Below are positions 39,045 to 49,406 of a stretch of 64,000 nt of DNA, in pieces. The DNA lies in NCBI GenBank assembly GCA_965205975.1, contig OZ242195.1, positions 1,632,001 to 1,696,000 on the forward strand, written 5' to 3'. The number at the start of each line of letters is the position of its first letter. Position 1 is the stretch's first letter. Made by a program: the position numbers and the translations under genes. Below the pieces are notes generated by a model, which searched no databases, was not told where the DNA came from, and saw only the letters and a program-made list of their open reading frames with translations. This DNA is from Candidatus Latescibacterota bacterium. Its GTDB lineage: Bacteria > Latescibacterota > UBA2968.

Positions 39045-40487
39045 ATGAACAGACGCGAATTTATCAAACAAACTGCCGTCGCGACCGTTGCAATGCCATC
39101 GCTCCTTCGGGCGCAGGCAGATGATCGCCCCAATATTGTATTGTTTTTAGCCGACGATATGACGTGGCGAGACTGCGGCGTATATGGCAATGCAGAAGTG
39201 CAAACGCCAAATCTGGATCGCTTGGCGCGTGAAGGCAGGCGTTTTGATGGCTGTTTTACCTCCACGTCCATTTGCGCGCCCACGCGGCAGCAGTTGTACA
39301 CGGGAATGTTTCCAGTACGCAATGGCGCGTATCCCCAGGGGGGATTTGTGCGTACGGGCGTTAAGAGCATGGCACATCATTTCAAAACACTGGGCTATCG
39401 CATTGGAATCATTGGCAAGCAACACTACGGACCGCCCGAATCGTTTCCATTTGAAGTATTGAAAACAACCAGCACCAATGAATTGCTGGACACCGATGCG
39501 TCAATCCGCGTTATTCAAGAATTCATCAATCGAGAACCGGGACAGCCCTATTGTCTGGTCGTCGCATCGCGCAACCCCCATTTGCCATATACAAAGGGAC
39601 CGCAGGATCTGTACGATCCAGACAAAGTGACCATTCCACCGTATTTAATCGACACCCCGGAAACGCGAAAACGATTGGCGGCGTATTATGCAGAAATTAC
39701 CGCACTGGACGCCGAGTTAGGCCGATGTATGCAAGTCATATCGGATAACACCCTCGTAGTTTTCTCAACAGAACAGGGATCGGCATTCCCCTATGGCGGC
39801 AAGTGGACGTGTTATGAAAACGGATTGCACACCGGATTAATCATGCGATGGCCGGGCAAAATTGAGGCGGGTTCTTCCTGCGATGCCCTCGTGCAATATG
39901 TGGATATATTGCCAACGCTCCTACAAGTTGCAGGTGGCGATCCCACGCAAGTCGATACGGGCAGGGCAGGCGCGCCAGACGGGGGTTCTGGATTTGACGG
40001 GAAAAGTTTTTGGCATCTCGCCATGGGAAATGGCAATCACCACCGGGATTACGTATATGGCACTTATACAAATCGCGGTGTTCGAGACGGAACAGATTAT
40101 CCGATTCGCTCGGTGCGCTCCAACAGATACAAATATATTGCAAATCTCAATCACGAAGGTGTGTTTCAGTGCAATGTGACGCGATTTATGGACGAAATGG
40201 GATGGGCAGAGGCAGCCGAAAAAAATCCAGCCCTCGCCCCCCGGGTACACGCCTTGAGGCATCGCCCGGCAGTGGAATTTTACGACCTAAAAAACGATCC
40301 CTACGAGTTGAAAAACTTATCTGAAGATGCACAATACGCAGATATCATGAAAGAACTGCGAACCGAACTCGATACGTGGATGGCGCAACAAAATGACCGC
40401 GGTATGGAGACAGAATTGGAAGCGTATGCCCACGTAAATCCGGCATCGGCAAAGTACAAGCAATATCGTGAATCCCAAGATCAATAA
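39045..40487 (+). CDS. Sulfatase (sulfamidase-like), Tat signal
   Basis: NRREFI; PNIVLFLADD, CAPTR, GKQH, PH, GGKW. Confidence 0.92.
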   Translation: MNRREFIKQTAVATVAMPSLLRAQADDRPNIVLFLADDMTWRDCGVYGNAEVQTPNLDRLAREGRRFDGCFTSTSICAPTRQQLYTGMFPVRNGAYPQGGFVRTGVKSMAHHFKTLGYRIGIIGKQHYGPPESFPFEVLKTTSTNELLDTDASIRVIQEFINREPGQPYCLVVASRNPHLPYTKGPQDLYDPDKVTIPPYLIDTPETRKRLAAYYAEITALDAELGRCMQVISDNTLVVFSTEQGSAFPYGGKWTCYENGLHTGLIMRWPGKIEAGSSCDALVQYVDILPTLLQVAGGDPTQVDTGRAGAPDGGSGFDGKSFWHLAMGNGNHHRDYVYGTYTNRGVRDGTDYPIRSVRSNRYKYIANLNHEGVFQCNVTRFMDEMGWAEAAEKNPALAPRVHALRHRPAVEFYDLKNDPYELKNLSEDAQYADIMKELRTELDTWMAQQNDRGMETELEAYAHVNPASAKYKQYRESQDQ

Positions 40488-40503
40488 AAAACAGGAGTAT
40501 TTT

Positions 40504-41940
40504 GTGTCCACAGATAGAACAGATCAAAAAGCAGCACCCTGGGGCGAGGGCGAACCCATTGGACGTGAGTATCCGTCGATACCACTGCTCGAAAAAATCG
40601 CTTATGGCGTCGGCGTCTTGCCGATGAATACAAGTGTCAATTCGATCAAAAAGCTCTCAGGCCCCATTTTTAATATTACACTGGGCATGCATCCATCTAA
40701 GGTTGGCACTGTCCTGTTGCTCTCCCGAGGCTGGGATGCGATTACCGATCCCTTTATGGGATGGCTTTCGGACAACACAAAATCTCGCTGGGGCCGGCGC
40801 AGACCCTATCTCTTGTTGGGCGCGATTTTGACAGCCATTGGCTACTCACTCATCTTGAACGTGCCCCAAGGACTGAATCAAGACGCACTGTTTGCGTATT
40901 TTCTAATTGGCAGCCTGGCACTCTATACCTGTGTCACCATTTTACAGGTATCCTACAACAGCCTGGGCTTTGAACTGAGCCACAATTATCACGAGCGGAC
41001 AAATATCTTTGCGTACCGCTCGTTTTTCCAGCAGATCAGCACCATTCTCGTGGGCTATCTCTTTTATTTTTGTACGCTCGATATTTTTGGCGACACCATG
41101 ACAGGAGCCAAATATGTCGGCATTGGCGTTGGACTGGTCATTTTTATATTTCTGTTGCCCACTATTTTCCTCGTGCGCGAAGGCCACTCAGAACAGGCGG
41201 CCAAACAGGAAAAAGTACCCGTCTGGTGGGCTATTAAAACAACCATGAAGACCAAACCATTTCTGGTTCTCAGCGGTTTGACAGTCGTAACCATTTTTGG
41301 TGGTAATTTCACACTGGCATTGGGACCTTATGTCAACATTTATCACGTTGCTCAGGGCGATGTAAAATTTGGAGCCGAGATACAGGGGCACGCAATTCTC
41401 ATCGGAACTATCGTGTCCTTCGCCGCCATTCCCGTATTGGCCTATTTGTCTCCTCGGATCGGAAAGGTCAAAACCCTTGGGATTTCAATCTCCTCCCTTC
41501 TCCTCGGTTCTATCTTAAAGTGGTTTTGCTATACGCCAGCAATGCCCTATTTGCAACTTATCGTACAGCCTTTTATCCGCATCGGCGAGATGGGCTTCTG
41601 GCTTATTATTACGTCGATGAAAGCCGATATCTGCGATTGGGACGAGTGGAAAACCGGCTTTCGGCGAGAAGGCATGTACGGCGCGGCAACGGGCTGGTTT
41701 CAAAAAGTAACACAGGCGACGACATTCGCGCTCGGGCAGGGATATATTCTGGCAATCATCGGATTTGACGCTACAAAAGGCGTGGCGCAGGATCCGGGCG
41801 TAATGTTCTGGATGCGCTTTCTCTTTGCCGTATTGCCCGCGGTCCTGGCCGTGGCGGGATTGATCTTATTGAAATTTTATGAAATCGACGACGAAAAAGC
41901 CAAAGAGATTAAGGCAGATTTGGATAAACGAAATAACTAA
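40504..41940 (+). CDS. MFS transporter, glycoside-pentoside-hexuronide (MelB-like) family
   Basis: EKIAYGVG, WDAITDPFMGWLSDNTKSRWGRRRPY, ERT, ADICDWDE...RREG; GTG 40504 with AGGAG RBS. Confidence 0.92.
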   Translation: MSTDRTDQKAAPWGEGEPIGREYPSIPLLEKIAYGVGVLPMNTSVNSIKKLSGPIFNITLGMHPSKVGTVLLLSRGWDAITDPFMGWLSDNTKSRWGRRRPYLLLGAILTAIGYSLILNVPQGLNQDALFAYFLIGSLALYTCVTILQVSYNSLGFELSHNYHERTNIFAYRSFFQQISTILVGYLFYFCTLDIFGDTMTGAKYVGIGVGLVIFIFLLPTIFLVREGHSEQAAKQEKVPVWWAIKTTMKTKPFLVLSGLTVVTIFGGNFTLALGPYVNIYHVAQGDVKFGAEIQGHAILIGTIVSFAAIPVLAYLSPRIGKVKTLGISISSLLLGSILKWFCYTPAMPYLQLIVQPFIRIGEMGFWLIITSMKADICDWDEWKTGFRREGMYGAATGWFQKVTQATTFALGQGYILAIIGFDATKGVAQDPGVMFWMRFLFAVLPAVLAVAGLILLKFYEIDDEKAKEIKADLDKRNN

Positions 41941-41949
41941 GTGAAAATC

Positions 41950-43908
41950 ATGGCAGAACAATTCAAACAACTCTCAGAAACAACGCCCGTGCGAGCGGTG
42001 ACAACGCGGTCGGTAATTGCATCGGTAGTGGTGATTACTGCAAGCGTGTTGTGGAACGAGTGGATGCCGTACTATACGTCGGGATCGAATATCAGCCGCA
42101 GCCATTTCCCCATGGCGTTTTTCTTCCCATTTTTGATCGCGTGTACTCTCAACCTGACATTGAATCACTTGCGAGCGGGATGGGGGCTTTCGCGTTCGGA
42201 ATTGCTGGTGGTTCTGGGATCGGGTTTTGTGGGAATCGCGCTGGCTTACGACGGGTTGACCGGCCACTTCTTCGGCGTTCTGGCAGCCCCTTATTATTTC
42301 GCATCTGTGGAAAATGGATGGGGTTTTATACACAACACCATCCCCACATGGCTCGCGCCGTCGAATGCCACTGGCGAAATGACGCGGTTTTTTGAAGGCG
42401 GAGGCGGATCTCCCCCGTGGCGCGTATGGGCAGTACCCGTTTTCTGGTGGATGTGCTTTTTCGGCGCAATGGGCTTTGGGGTATTTTGCCTGGTCGTAAT
42501 TTTGCGAAAGCAATGGGTGGATTACGAGCGCTTGGCTTATCCACTTGTCGAAGTCGCACAATCTCTGGCAGAAACAGAGAAAGGCGGCGGACTGGAGAAA
42601 ACATTTCGCTCTCCCCTATTCTGGATCGCATTCTCCCTCGTCATGCTCTTGAAATTGTGGAATATCGCGTCTTATTTCACCCCGGCATTTCCACATATAG
42701 ACATTGAACAAACACAGTGGCAACCGATTCCCGATTTTCCCTGGATGGTAAATCGCCTGAGTTTTTACGCCATTGGATTCGGGTATTTTGCGCGCCTGGA
42801 CGTTCTGTTCAGCGTGTGGTTCTTCATTATTTTGACCGCGTTTCAGGTATATGTATTCAATATCTTTGGGTACCAAATCGGCGCAGCAACCCACCACTGG
42901 ACAAGCGATGCCCTGGGCTGGCAGAGCATGGGCGCATTGATCTTTTTGTCTGCCTGGGGATTGTGGATGGCGCGAGCGCACTTGAAAGCCGTGGTGCGAA
43001 AAGCCCTATATCCCAACTGCGAGGTGGATGATAGCGGCGAGTTATTGTCCTATCGCATGGCAGTATTCGGCTTATTGGGCGCATTTGCATTTGTCTCGGC
43101 CTGGCTATATACGGCGGGCATGCCCTTGTGGGTGGTATTCTGCTTTCTCATTTTGGCGATGTTGTTATTTTTGGGCCTTGCCCGCGCCATTGCGGAATTG
43201 GGATTGGTCTATGTGTATTATCGCATTCAGCCCCACGATGCCGTGGTGCAGGCATTTGGCTCGAATATGGTAGGGCTTTCCGGTGTGGTGGTGCTCGGAT
43301 TTATGCATGTATTTAATCAGTGGCCCGATATTGGCAAAGGATTTTTAATGCCGCCGTTTACGCAGGCGGTAAAAGCGGTGGATAAGGTCGTCAGTCCGCG
43401 GCGAATTACACCCGTGCTGTGGCTGGCACTCGCACTGGGTTTCACCATTTCAATAGTGGATACCCTGTATTTGAGTTATGAATACGGAGCCTATAATCTG
43501 GGCAACATGGGGATGAAGAAGACGGGACCCGTGGCGTTTGATTTCGTAATTACAGAAATACGAAATCCCCTGGCGCCCGGCGGCAATGGCAGGGTCATGT
43601 GGGCATTTATCGGGATGGGACTGATGGCGGTTTTGACGACCGTTCGCTACTGGGTGCCGTGGTGGCCCCTGCACCCGATTGGCCTGGCCATGCAGGGGAA
43701 TTACGGCGTGAGTAAGACGGTCTTTTCGATTTTTATTGTCTGGTCAATCAAAGCGGTCGTCATGAAAATGGGCGGCGTACAATTATACGAAAAGGGAAAA
43801 CCATTTTTCATCGGCTTGCTCGCAGCACAGGCGGTCAGCACGGGCCTGGTATTTATCATAGATTGGTTCTGGTTCCCTCTGCAAGGGCATAATGTGCACA
43901 ATTTTTAG
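41950..43908 (+). CDS. DUF6785/DUF6784 polytopic membrane protein, copy 2
   Basis: Colinear paralog of 35922..37892; shares WNEWMPYYTSGSNISRSHFP and the C-terminal WFPLQGHNVHNF. Confidence 0.8.
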   Translation: MAEQFKQLSETTPVRAVTTRSVIASVVVITASVLWNEWMPYYTSGSNISRSHFPMAFFFPFLIACTLNLTLNHLRAGWGLSRSELLVVLGSGFVGIALAYDGLTGHFFGVLAAPYYFASVENGWGFIHNTIPTWLAPSNATGEMTRFFEGGGGSPPWRVWAVPVFWWMCFFGAMGFGVFCLVVILRKQWVDYERLAYPLVEVAQSLAETEKGGGLEKTFRSPLFWIAFSLVMLLKLWNIASYFTPAFPHIDIEQTQWQPIPDFPWMVNRLSFYAIGFGYFARLDVLFSVWFFIILTAFQVYVFNIFGYQIGAATHHWTSDALGWQSMGALIFLSAWGLWMARAHLKAVVRKALYPNCEVDDSGELLSYRMAVFGLLGAFAFVSAWLYTAGMPLWVVFCFLILAMLLFLGLARAIAELGLVYVYYRIQPHDAVVQAFGSNMVGLSGVVVLGFMHVFNQWPDIGKGFLMPPFTQAVKAVDKVVSPRRITPVLWLALALGFTISIVDTLYLSYEYGAYNLGNMGMKKTGPVAFDFVITEIRNPLAPGGNGRVMWAFIGMGLMAVLTTVRYWVPWWPLHPIGLAMQGNYGVSKTVFSIFIVWSIKAVVMKMGGVQLYEKGKPFFIGLLAAQAVSTGLVFIIDWFWFPLQGHNVHNF

Positions 43909-43925
43909 AAAATGCCCGCACCGCC

Positions 43926-46448
43926 CTATAGCCACTCGTCCATCCCCGCGTCTTGCAGAGCACCCAACAAATGGGGCACGCCAAAAAACAGCAGACTCAA
44001 GTACATAGGGCTCATGCCCACTGCGCCGCGCCTTTTGGGATCGTCGCTCCAATCCTGCGATTCGGCCAGGCGGCGTAGCAGTTGTCGCCCCACCTCCAAA
44101 TAGCCCCGCTCGCCTGTCAGCCTGTACGCATAGCTCAGGTGGCGACACAGCACCCCGCCGTAGCGCTGCTTCCATGCCATTTCGGGATCGAAAACGCCAG
44201 GCCCACCGCAAAACCAATCCACAGCCCGCAGATAACACTTTGCCACATCGGTCCGGCCGGTCAGCCGGTGCAGCAATTCGAGACCGATCATTAAATAATG
44301 AGTCTGGTAGCCCTTTTGGTCGGCGTAGGACAGCACTTGCTTGCCCGCGGCAGAAGCCCCGCCCAGAGCCTTGTGCTCAGCCGGGGTAAAAGGTGCTGCG
44401 GTACCCATTTCCACGGCCAGGGTCGTGCCTTCGGTGGCCATGCCGTAGGGCGCCTGGTCCGGCAGCCGATCGGGGGTGGAAACCTGAAAGCGCTTGTGCC
44501 AACTGCCGTCGTCGTTCTGACCCCGGGCGATGACCTGAAAAATTTCTTCGGCGCGCTGTTTGAAACGCGCTTTGCCCGTTAGTTCCCACAAGTACAGCAG
44601 GCCGCGCAAGGTGTTGGCAATGCTGCGCAAACTAAAGGAGAAACGGGGATCTTCGCTCCAGCGATAGCGCAGAAAAAATTCGCCAGCTTCCCCGAGTACC
44701 TCCAATGTCCGGTGGTCGCCCGTCAAGTAGTAATAGTCGATCCAGTTGTCGATAAAGGTGTGCGAAGCGCAAGGCTCGTCGCCAAAGTGGTCGATGCTGT
44801 GCCGGAAACAACCGCCGACCCAATACGACCTGAGCGGGTGGTAGTGGCAGGTATCGACATCCATCGAGTGCCGGGTCATGGCCTCACCGAGACGGAACCA
44901 ACGCCCTGACCCGCTGCGCAAATACTGGATCCACACCCCGTGGCGCGGGTCCCACTCGCTGTTGCACCAGCCCCACCGCCCCCGGAAGCGCCAGTCGCCG
45001 GTCGATTCCTCCCATGCTACGAGCACATCACCCCAGTCAAAAAAACCGCGCCAGCGGTTGACTTCAATGCTGCGCGCCATCCACTCGAGAAAGCCGTCGA
45101 GCATGCGCTCGGAATGCGGGAAGGCATCTACCGCACGGACCGCAAAGCCGCCAGTAACCTGGCAGTGAGCCATCCAGCCAGGATCAACCGCGACGTGTGG
45201 CCAATCGAGCAAAGCCGTCAGCCGTTGGGGGGCTTCTTCGCTGGTATTGCGTTGGAAATAATCGATGAAAAATTCCGAAGTTTTAGCCGTGCCCAGGCCA
45301 TCGCTGTACACGCCTTCTCCCTCGTGCCAGGCCACTTCCTCGGCATAGCGCCTGAAATGCAGTCGCCCACCGTCCGGATCTTTCCACAAAAAGACGTCGA
45401 TTCCCCCTCGATCCACACCTATGGCTTTGGGGTATTCCTCAGCCATATAGCGCAACGCCACCCCAACCCCGGCTTCCTCGCCCTCCAACACGGCCCACCC
45501 ACTGGCCCGTTCGCCTTCTGCCATCCTCTCTGAGCGTCCGCCGCGCCGCCGTTCCAGGCGGAAGTGGCGATCCTGACGCTGGGCCAAAAGCAGGCCTTCG
45601 TCCTCACCCAAAACACCTTCCATCCATCGTTTTCCACCCAGCCGGTAGCGCCGTTTTCCCTCCCACGCCACGGGAATCCGCACAGCCAATTCCCGCAATT
45701 CGGTCTGATTTGGATCGCAGGCCACCACTACGGTGTGCAGGACTCGCAAAAAGGCGTGACCGGCAAAGGCGTATATCCGCGTCACGAAACGAAAGGGTTG
45801 GTAGCCGACGTAGTGGTGCATGGGTGCCTCGGATTCCAGGGCGCCTTCGCAGCGGATCACCGCCCGCAAAGGCCCGGATTCTTCCACCTGGACTCGGTAC
45901 GCACTTTCCCCCAGCGATGCCCGGCACATCCCGCCCATGCCGTAAATTCGCCGCTGGGTCTCCCCGACTTCAAAAGCCTCGCAAATATCGGCCCAACTGT
46001 CACCGCCTTGCGAACTCACAGCGACTTCTTCGACAAAACCATCGGCCTCCTGCCTCCCCAATGATACCGCGTGTATCAATCCATAGCATCGCCGACTCAC
46101 GGCAAAGCGCAGGGGGCCGGTACACACGACAATGCGCTCGTCGCTCTCGCTTATTTGCAGTCGATTCGCTGGAACAGCGCGAGGGGCTTCACCGGCATAA
46201 CACAAGTGGTAAACCGCCGATCCGACCACGTCGGCTTGAAAATCGACCAGGACCCACTTGATACTGCCGTCGGGCCAGTGACTCAGGGAACGACTTTGCA
46301 GGGGTACAGACCGTCCCCGAGCATCCTCTAACCACAAATCGGCGCATTCGGCTACATCCCCTTGTGGCAGGGGCACGCCCCGGGTCACAGGCCACGCGCG
46401 GCGTTCGATCCCGCTCTCTTCCTGGACAGTCAATGCTATACGTTGCAT
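43926..46448 (-). CDS. YetA/PcRGLX-like (exo-rhamnogalacturonan lyase-like) protein
   Basis: WPVTRGVPLPQG, WPDGSIKWVLVDF, ESGPLRAVI, GFFDWGD, WCNSE, RHSMDVD, YYLTGD; ATG 46448 with GGAGG RBS. Confidence 0.75.
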   Translation of the reverse strand: MQRIALTVQEESGIERRAWPVTRGVPLPQGDVAECADLWLEDARGRSVPLQSRSLSHWPDGSIKWVLVDFQADVVGSAVYHLCYAGEAPRAVPANRLQISESDERIVVCTGPLRFAVSRRCYGLIHAVSLGRQEADGFVEEVAVSSQGGDSWADICEAFEVGETQRRIYGMGGMCRASLGESAYRVQVEESGPLRAVIRCEGALESEAPMHHYVGYQPFRFVTRIYAFAGHAFLRVLHTVVVACDPNQTELRELAVRIPVAWEGKRRYRLGGKRWMEGVLGEDEGLLLAQRQDRHFRLERRRGGRSERMAEGERASGWAVLEGEEAGVGVALRYMAEEYPKAIGVDRGGIDVFLWKDPDGGRLHFRRYAEEVAWHEGEGVYSDGLGTAKTSEFFIDYFQRNTSEEAPQRLTALLDWPHVAVDPGWMAHCQVTGGFAVRAVDAFPHSERMLDGFLEWMARSIEVNRWRGFFDWGDVLVAWEESTGDWRFRGRWGWCNSEWDPRHGVWIQYLRSGSGRWFRLGEAMTRHSMDVDTCHYHPLRSYWVGGCFRHSIDHFGDEPCASHTFIDNWIDYYYLTGDHRTLEVLGEAGEFFLRYRWSEDPRFSFSLRSIANTLRGLLYLWELTGKARFKQRAEEIFQVIARGQNDDGSWHKRFQVSTPDRLPDQAPYGMATEGTTLAVEMGTAAPFTPAEHKALGGASAAGKQVLSYADQKGYQTHYLMIGLELLHRLTGRTDVAKCYLRAVDWFCGGPGVFDPEMAWKQRYGGVLCRHLSYAYRLTGERGYLEVGRQLLRRLAESQDWSDDPKRRGAVGMSPMYLSLLFFGVPHLLGALQDAGMDEWL

Positions 46449-46566
46449 ATCTTCCTCCGCTTGTGAACACACTGGATATTTTAAAACAGCTACTCAAAAA
46501 ATGCCAACATTTTACGCACTGCATTTGGACAAATTGACAATGCACAAACGCAAACCTTTCTTGTAC

Positions 46567-46595
46567 TTGACTCACAGCCCAAAAGCTGGTATTGT
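46567..46595 (+). promoter_or_regulatory. Sigma70-type promoter for cyoE
   Basis: TTGACT, 17 bp spacer, TGgTATTGT extended -10. Confidence 0.55.
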
Positions 46596-46654
46596 TATGG
46601 CTTCTGAAAATAAGTGGTGCTTTTGATCAAACCCTTTTTTTGAGAATATCCTTT

Positions 46655-47536
46655 ATGAACGCCGAACTGGTACATGCAAAAACATTTGTGAATGACTTAT
46701 TTGTTTTAATTAAATTTCGGATTGGACTAATGGTCGTGTTCAGCACTTCTGTGGGATATGTGCTGGGCATGGGATATGTCCCCGATCCAATTCACATCTT
46801 CCATGTGCTATTCGCCACATTTTTGACCACTTCTGGCACAGGTGTTTTGAACCAGTTTATGGAGCGCGAGCGCGATGCGAGAATGGGACGCACGGCTGAC
46901 CGACCCCTGCCTGCGGGACGCATTGCGCCAGAATTGGCCTGTTGGTTCGGGCTAATTTTAAGTGGTATGGGCATTGTCTATCTGGGAGTACTCGTCAATG
47001 TTTTGACCGCGCTGATGGGCTTATTAACCGTAGTGATATATTTGCTTCTCTATACGCCCTTAAAGCCCAAAACACCGCACAATACAGCTATTGGGGCCAT
47101 CGCTGGTGCACTCCCGCCAGTGGGTGGATGGACCGCAGCAACAGGCGTTTTGAGTGGCGAAGCACTGGCACTGTTTGGCATTTTGTTTTTGTGGCAATTT
47201 CCCCATTTTTTGTCTATTGCCTGGCTTCACCGAGAAGATTACGCACGAGGTGGGTTTCGCATGCTGCCCATAGAAGACCCACAAGGCCATAGAACCGCCC
47301 ATCAAGTGGTGCTTTATACCCTGGTCTTGTTGTCGTGCAGCCTGATGCCAGCGCTATTGGGTATGGCTGGTGTGGCGTATTTTGGGGTTGCCGTATTACT
47401 CGGCCTTGGCCTGTTGTACGCCAGTTTGACCTTCGCGCAGTCGCGCACAGATATGCAAGCACGCCGCCTGATGCGGGCAACGCTCATATATCTGCCGGTG
47501 TTGTGGACAGTAATGATGTTGGACAAAATTGCGTAA
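46655..47536 (+). CDS. cyoE: Protoheme IX farnesyltransferase (heme o synthase)
   Basis: ERERDARMGRTADRPLP, YTPLK, GALPP, WQFPHF, EDYARGG. Confidence 0.95.
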   Translation: MNAELVHAKTFVNDLFVLIKFRIGLMVVFSTSVGYVLGMGYVPDPIHIFHVLFATFLTTSGTGVLNQFMERERDARMGRTADRPLPAGRIAPELACWFGLILSGMGIVYLGVLVNVLTALMGLLTVVIYLLLYTPLKPKTPHNTAIGAIAGALPPVGGWTAATGVLSGEALALFGILFLWQFPHFLSIAWLHREDYARGGFRMLPIEDPQGHRTAHQVVLYTLVLLSCSLMPALLGMAGVAYFGVAVLLGLGLLYASLTFAQSRTDMQARRLMRATLIYLPVLWTVMMLDKIA

Positions 47537-47569
47537 CAAAAAAATGTGTATCCGACCTGAAAAAAACAG

Positions 47570-47600
47570 GAGGTGATAGGCTGACCTATCACCTCTCTTT
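47570..47600 (+). terminator. Hairpin or weak terminator between cyoE and the ABC ATPase
   Basis: GAGGTGATAGG-ctga-CCTATCACCTC then tcttt. Confidence 0.6.
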
Positions 47601-47620
47601 GTATGTGCAGGAGCGGTCAA

Positions 47621-48538
47621 GTGCAAGCAGCAATATATGTCGAAAATGTAAGCCACAAATTTGGCGAGCGCATTGCCTTAGATGACATTACGTTACAGGT
47701 AATGCCCGGAGAAATGTACGGCCTTTTAGGCCCAAATGGCAGTGGAAAAACCACCTTATTCCGCATGTTGTGTACGATGCTGCCCCCCGATCAGGGCAGG
47801 ATTTGCCTGCTGGATAAAAACGCCGGTGCTGTACGCGCACACATAGGGGTGGTTTTTCAGCATCCCAGCTTGGACGCGCGTTTGACCGTACTGGAAAATC
47901 TGCGCCATCAAGGTCATCTCTACGGTTTGAAAGGCCGCCCGCTCTCGCAACGCATCGAAGAAGTACTGGACATGATGACTCTCACAGACCGCGCAAAAGA
48001 CCGGGTGGAAGTACTATCTGGCGGATTACAGCGACGCGTTGAACTGTGCAAAAGTTTGTTGCACCACCCAGAAGTATTGATCTTTGATGAACCCTGCACC
48101 GGGCTTGATCCCGGCGCACGCCGAAGGTTTTGGGATGATCTGGATATTTTGCGGCGAACCTACGGCACGACACTCGTGCTCACAACCCATTTTATGGAAG
48201 AGGCCGAGCGCTGTGATCGCATTGGCATTTTAGATCGCGGACGGCTAATTGCCGAAGGCTCGCCCGAGGAATTGAAGCGTACAGTGGGACGCGAGGTGAT
48301 CACCCTCGAGACGCGTGATCCCAAAGGCTTGCAATTGCAAATCGAAAAAATTGTACGCCGCGATATCCAGATAATTGACGGACAGGTGCGTATTGCCTGC
48401 GATGATGGGCAAAGGCTGTTGGCACAGTTGTATCCCCTTCTGCGAGAAGAGGTTCAAGCCATGACCTTGAGTGTCCCCACACTTGAGGATGTTTTTGTGC
48501 AGCGAACAGGACACGGATTTCAAGTGGAGGATCTATAG
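47621..48538 (+). CDS. ABC-2 type exporter ATP-binding protein
   Basis: GPNGSGKTT, LSGG, IFDEP, TTH, PTLEDVF; probable GTG start with AGGAG RBS. Confidence 0.93.
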   Translation: MQAAIYVENVSHKFGERIALDDITLQVMPGEMYGLLGPNGSGKTTLFRMLCTMLPPDQGRICLLDKNAGAVRAHIGVVFQHPSLDARLTVLENLRHQGHLYGLKGRPLSQRIEEVLDMMTLTDRAKDRVEVLSGGLQRRVELCKSLLHHPEVLIFDEPCTGLDPGARRRFWDDLDILRRTYGTTLVLTTHFMEEAERCDRIGILDRGRLIAEGSPEELKRTVGREVITLETRDPKGLQLQIEKIVRRDIQIIDGQVRIACDDGQRLLAQLYPLLREEVQAMTLSVPTLEDVFVQRTGHGFQVEDL

Positions 48539-49308
48539 TGCGAATGGCTTTCTGGTTGCCTGTCGTGTCGCTGTGGCGGCGCGAGTTGGTGCGCTTTGCT
48601 CGAGACCGCAATCGATTATTCGGTGCAATAGGCCAGCCTCTCGTGTTCTGGTTGCTATTGGGCGCTGGTTTTGAAAAGTCTTTCGCATCCCAGGGAATTG
48701 CCAGTGGATATCTGGAATATATTTATCCGGGAATATTGTTGCTGATTCTATTATTTACAGCGATCTTTTCAACCATTTCTGTAATTGAAGACCGGCGCGA
48801 AGGATTTATGCAATCGGTGCTGGTCGCACCTGTATCGCGGATCGGATTGGTTCTCGGCAAGGTCCTGGGCGGGGGAACCCTGGCATTTTTGGAAAGCCTG
48901 ATATTTCTGGTATTTTTGGTATTTTTGGATATTCCCATCAGCATTGCGTCTTTGGGCCTGACCCTCATTTTTTTAGCTGTAATGGGCATTGCCCTCACAG
49001 CTTTGGGATTTGCGATAGCCTGGCAGGCTTCATCTACTGCAGGATTTCACGCGGTAATGAATTTGCTTTTATTCCCTATGTGGGTACTATCCGGCGCGTT
49101 TTTTCCCGCAGAAGGCGCGGCGCGTTGGCTGGCATATCTGATGGCAATAAATCCATTGACTTATGGTATGGATGGTTTGCGCCAATCTCTTTATCTAACA
49201 ACATCCGGTACTAATACCCATTTGTGGTTTTGTGTTATAATAAGTGTGGCATTTGCAGCCCTGACCCTCAGTGCAGCCGTATGGCAGGTATATCGGAAAG
49301 AGAAATAA
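48538..49308 (+). CDS. ABC-2 type exporter permease
   Basis: LWRRELVRF, EDRREGF, LSGAFFP, NPLTY. Confidence 0.93.
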   Translation: MRMAFWLPVVSLWRRELVRFARDRNRLFGAIGQPLVFWLLLGAGFEKSFASQGIASGYLEYIYPGILLLILLFTAIFSTISVIEDRREGFMQSVLVAPVSRIGLVLGKVLGGGTLAFLESLIFLVFLVFLDIPISIASLGLTLIFLAVMGIALTALGFAIAWQASSTAGFHAVMNLLLFPMWVLSGAFFPAEGAARWLAYLMAINPLTYGMDGLRQSLYLTTSGTNTHLWFCVIISVAFAALTLSAAVWQVYRKEK

Positions 49309-49406
49309 GTGAAGACTGGGGAACTTCACAAATTTCTGGAACAGATGCTTTATTTAGTTGTTGGATATTGTATTGACAAAATGAATCCTTTGCGTATGGT
49401 CTTGCC

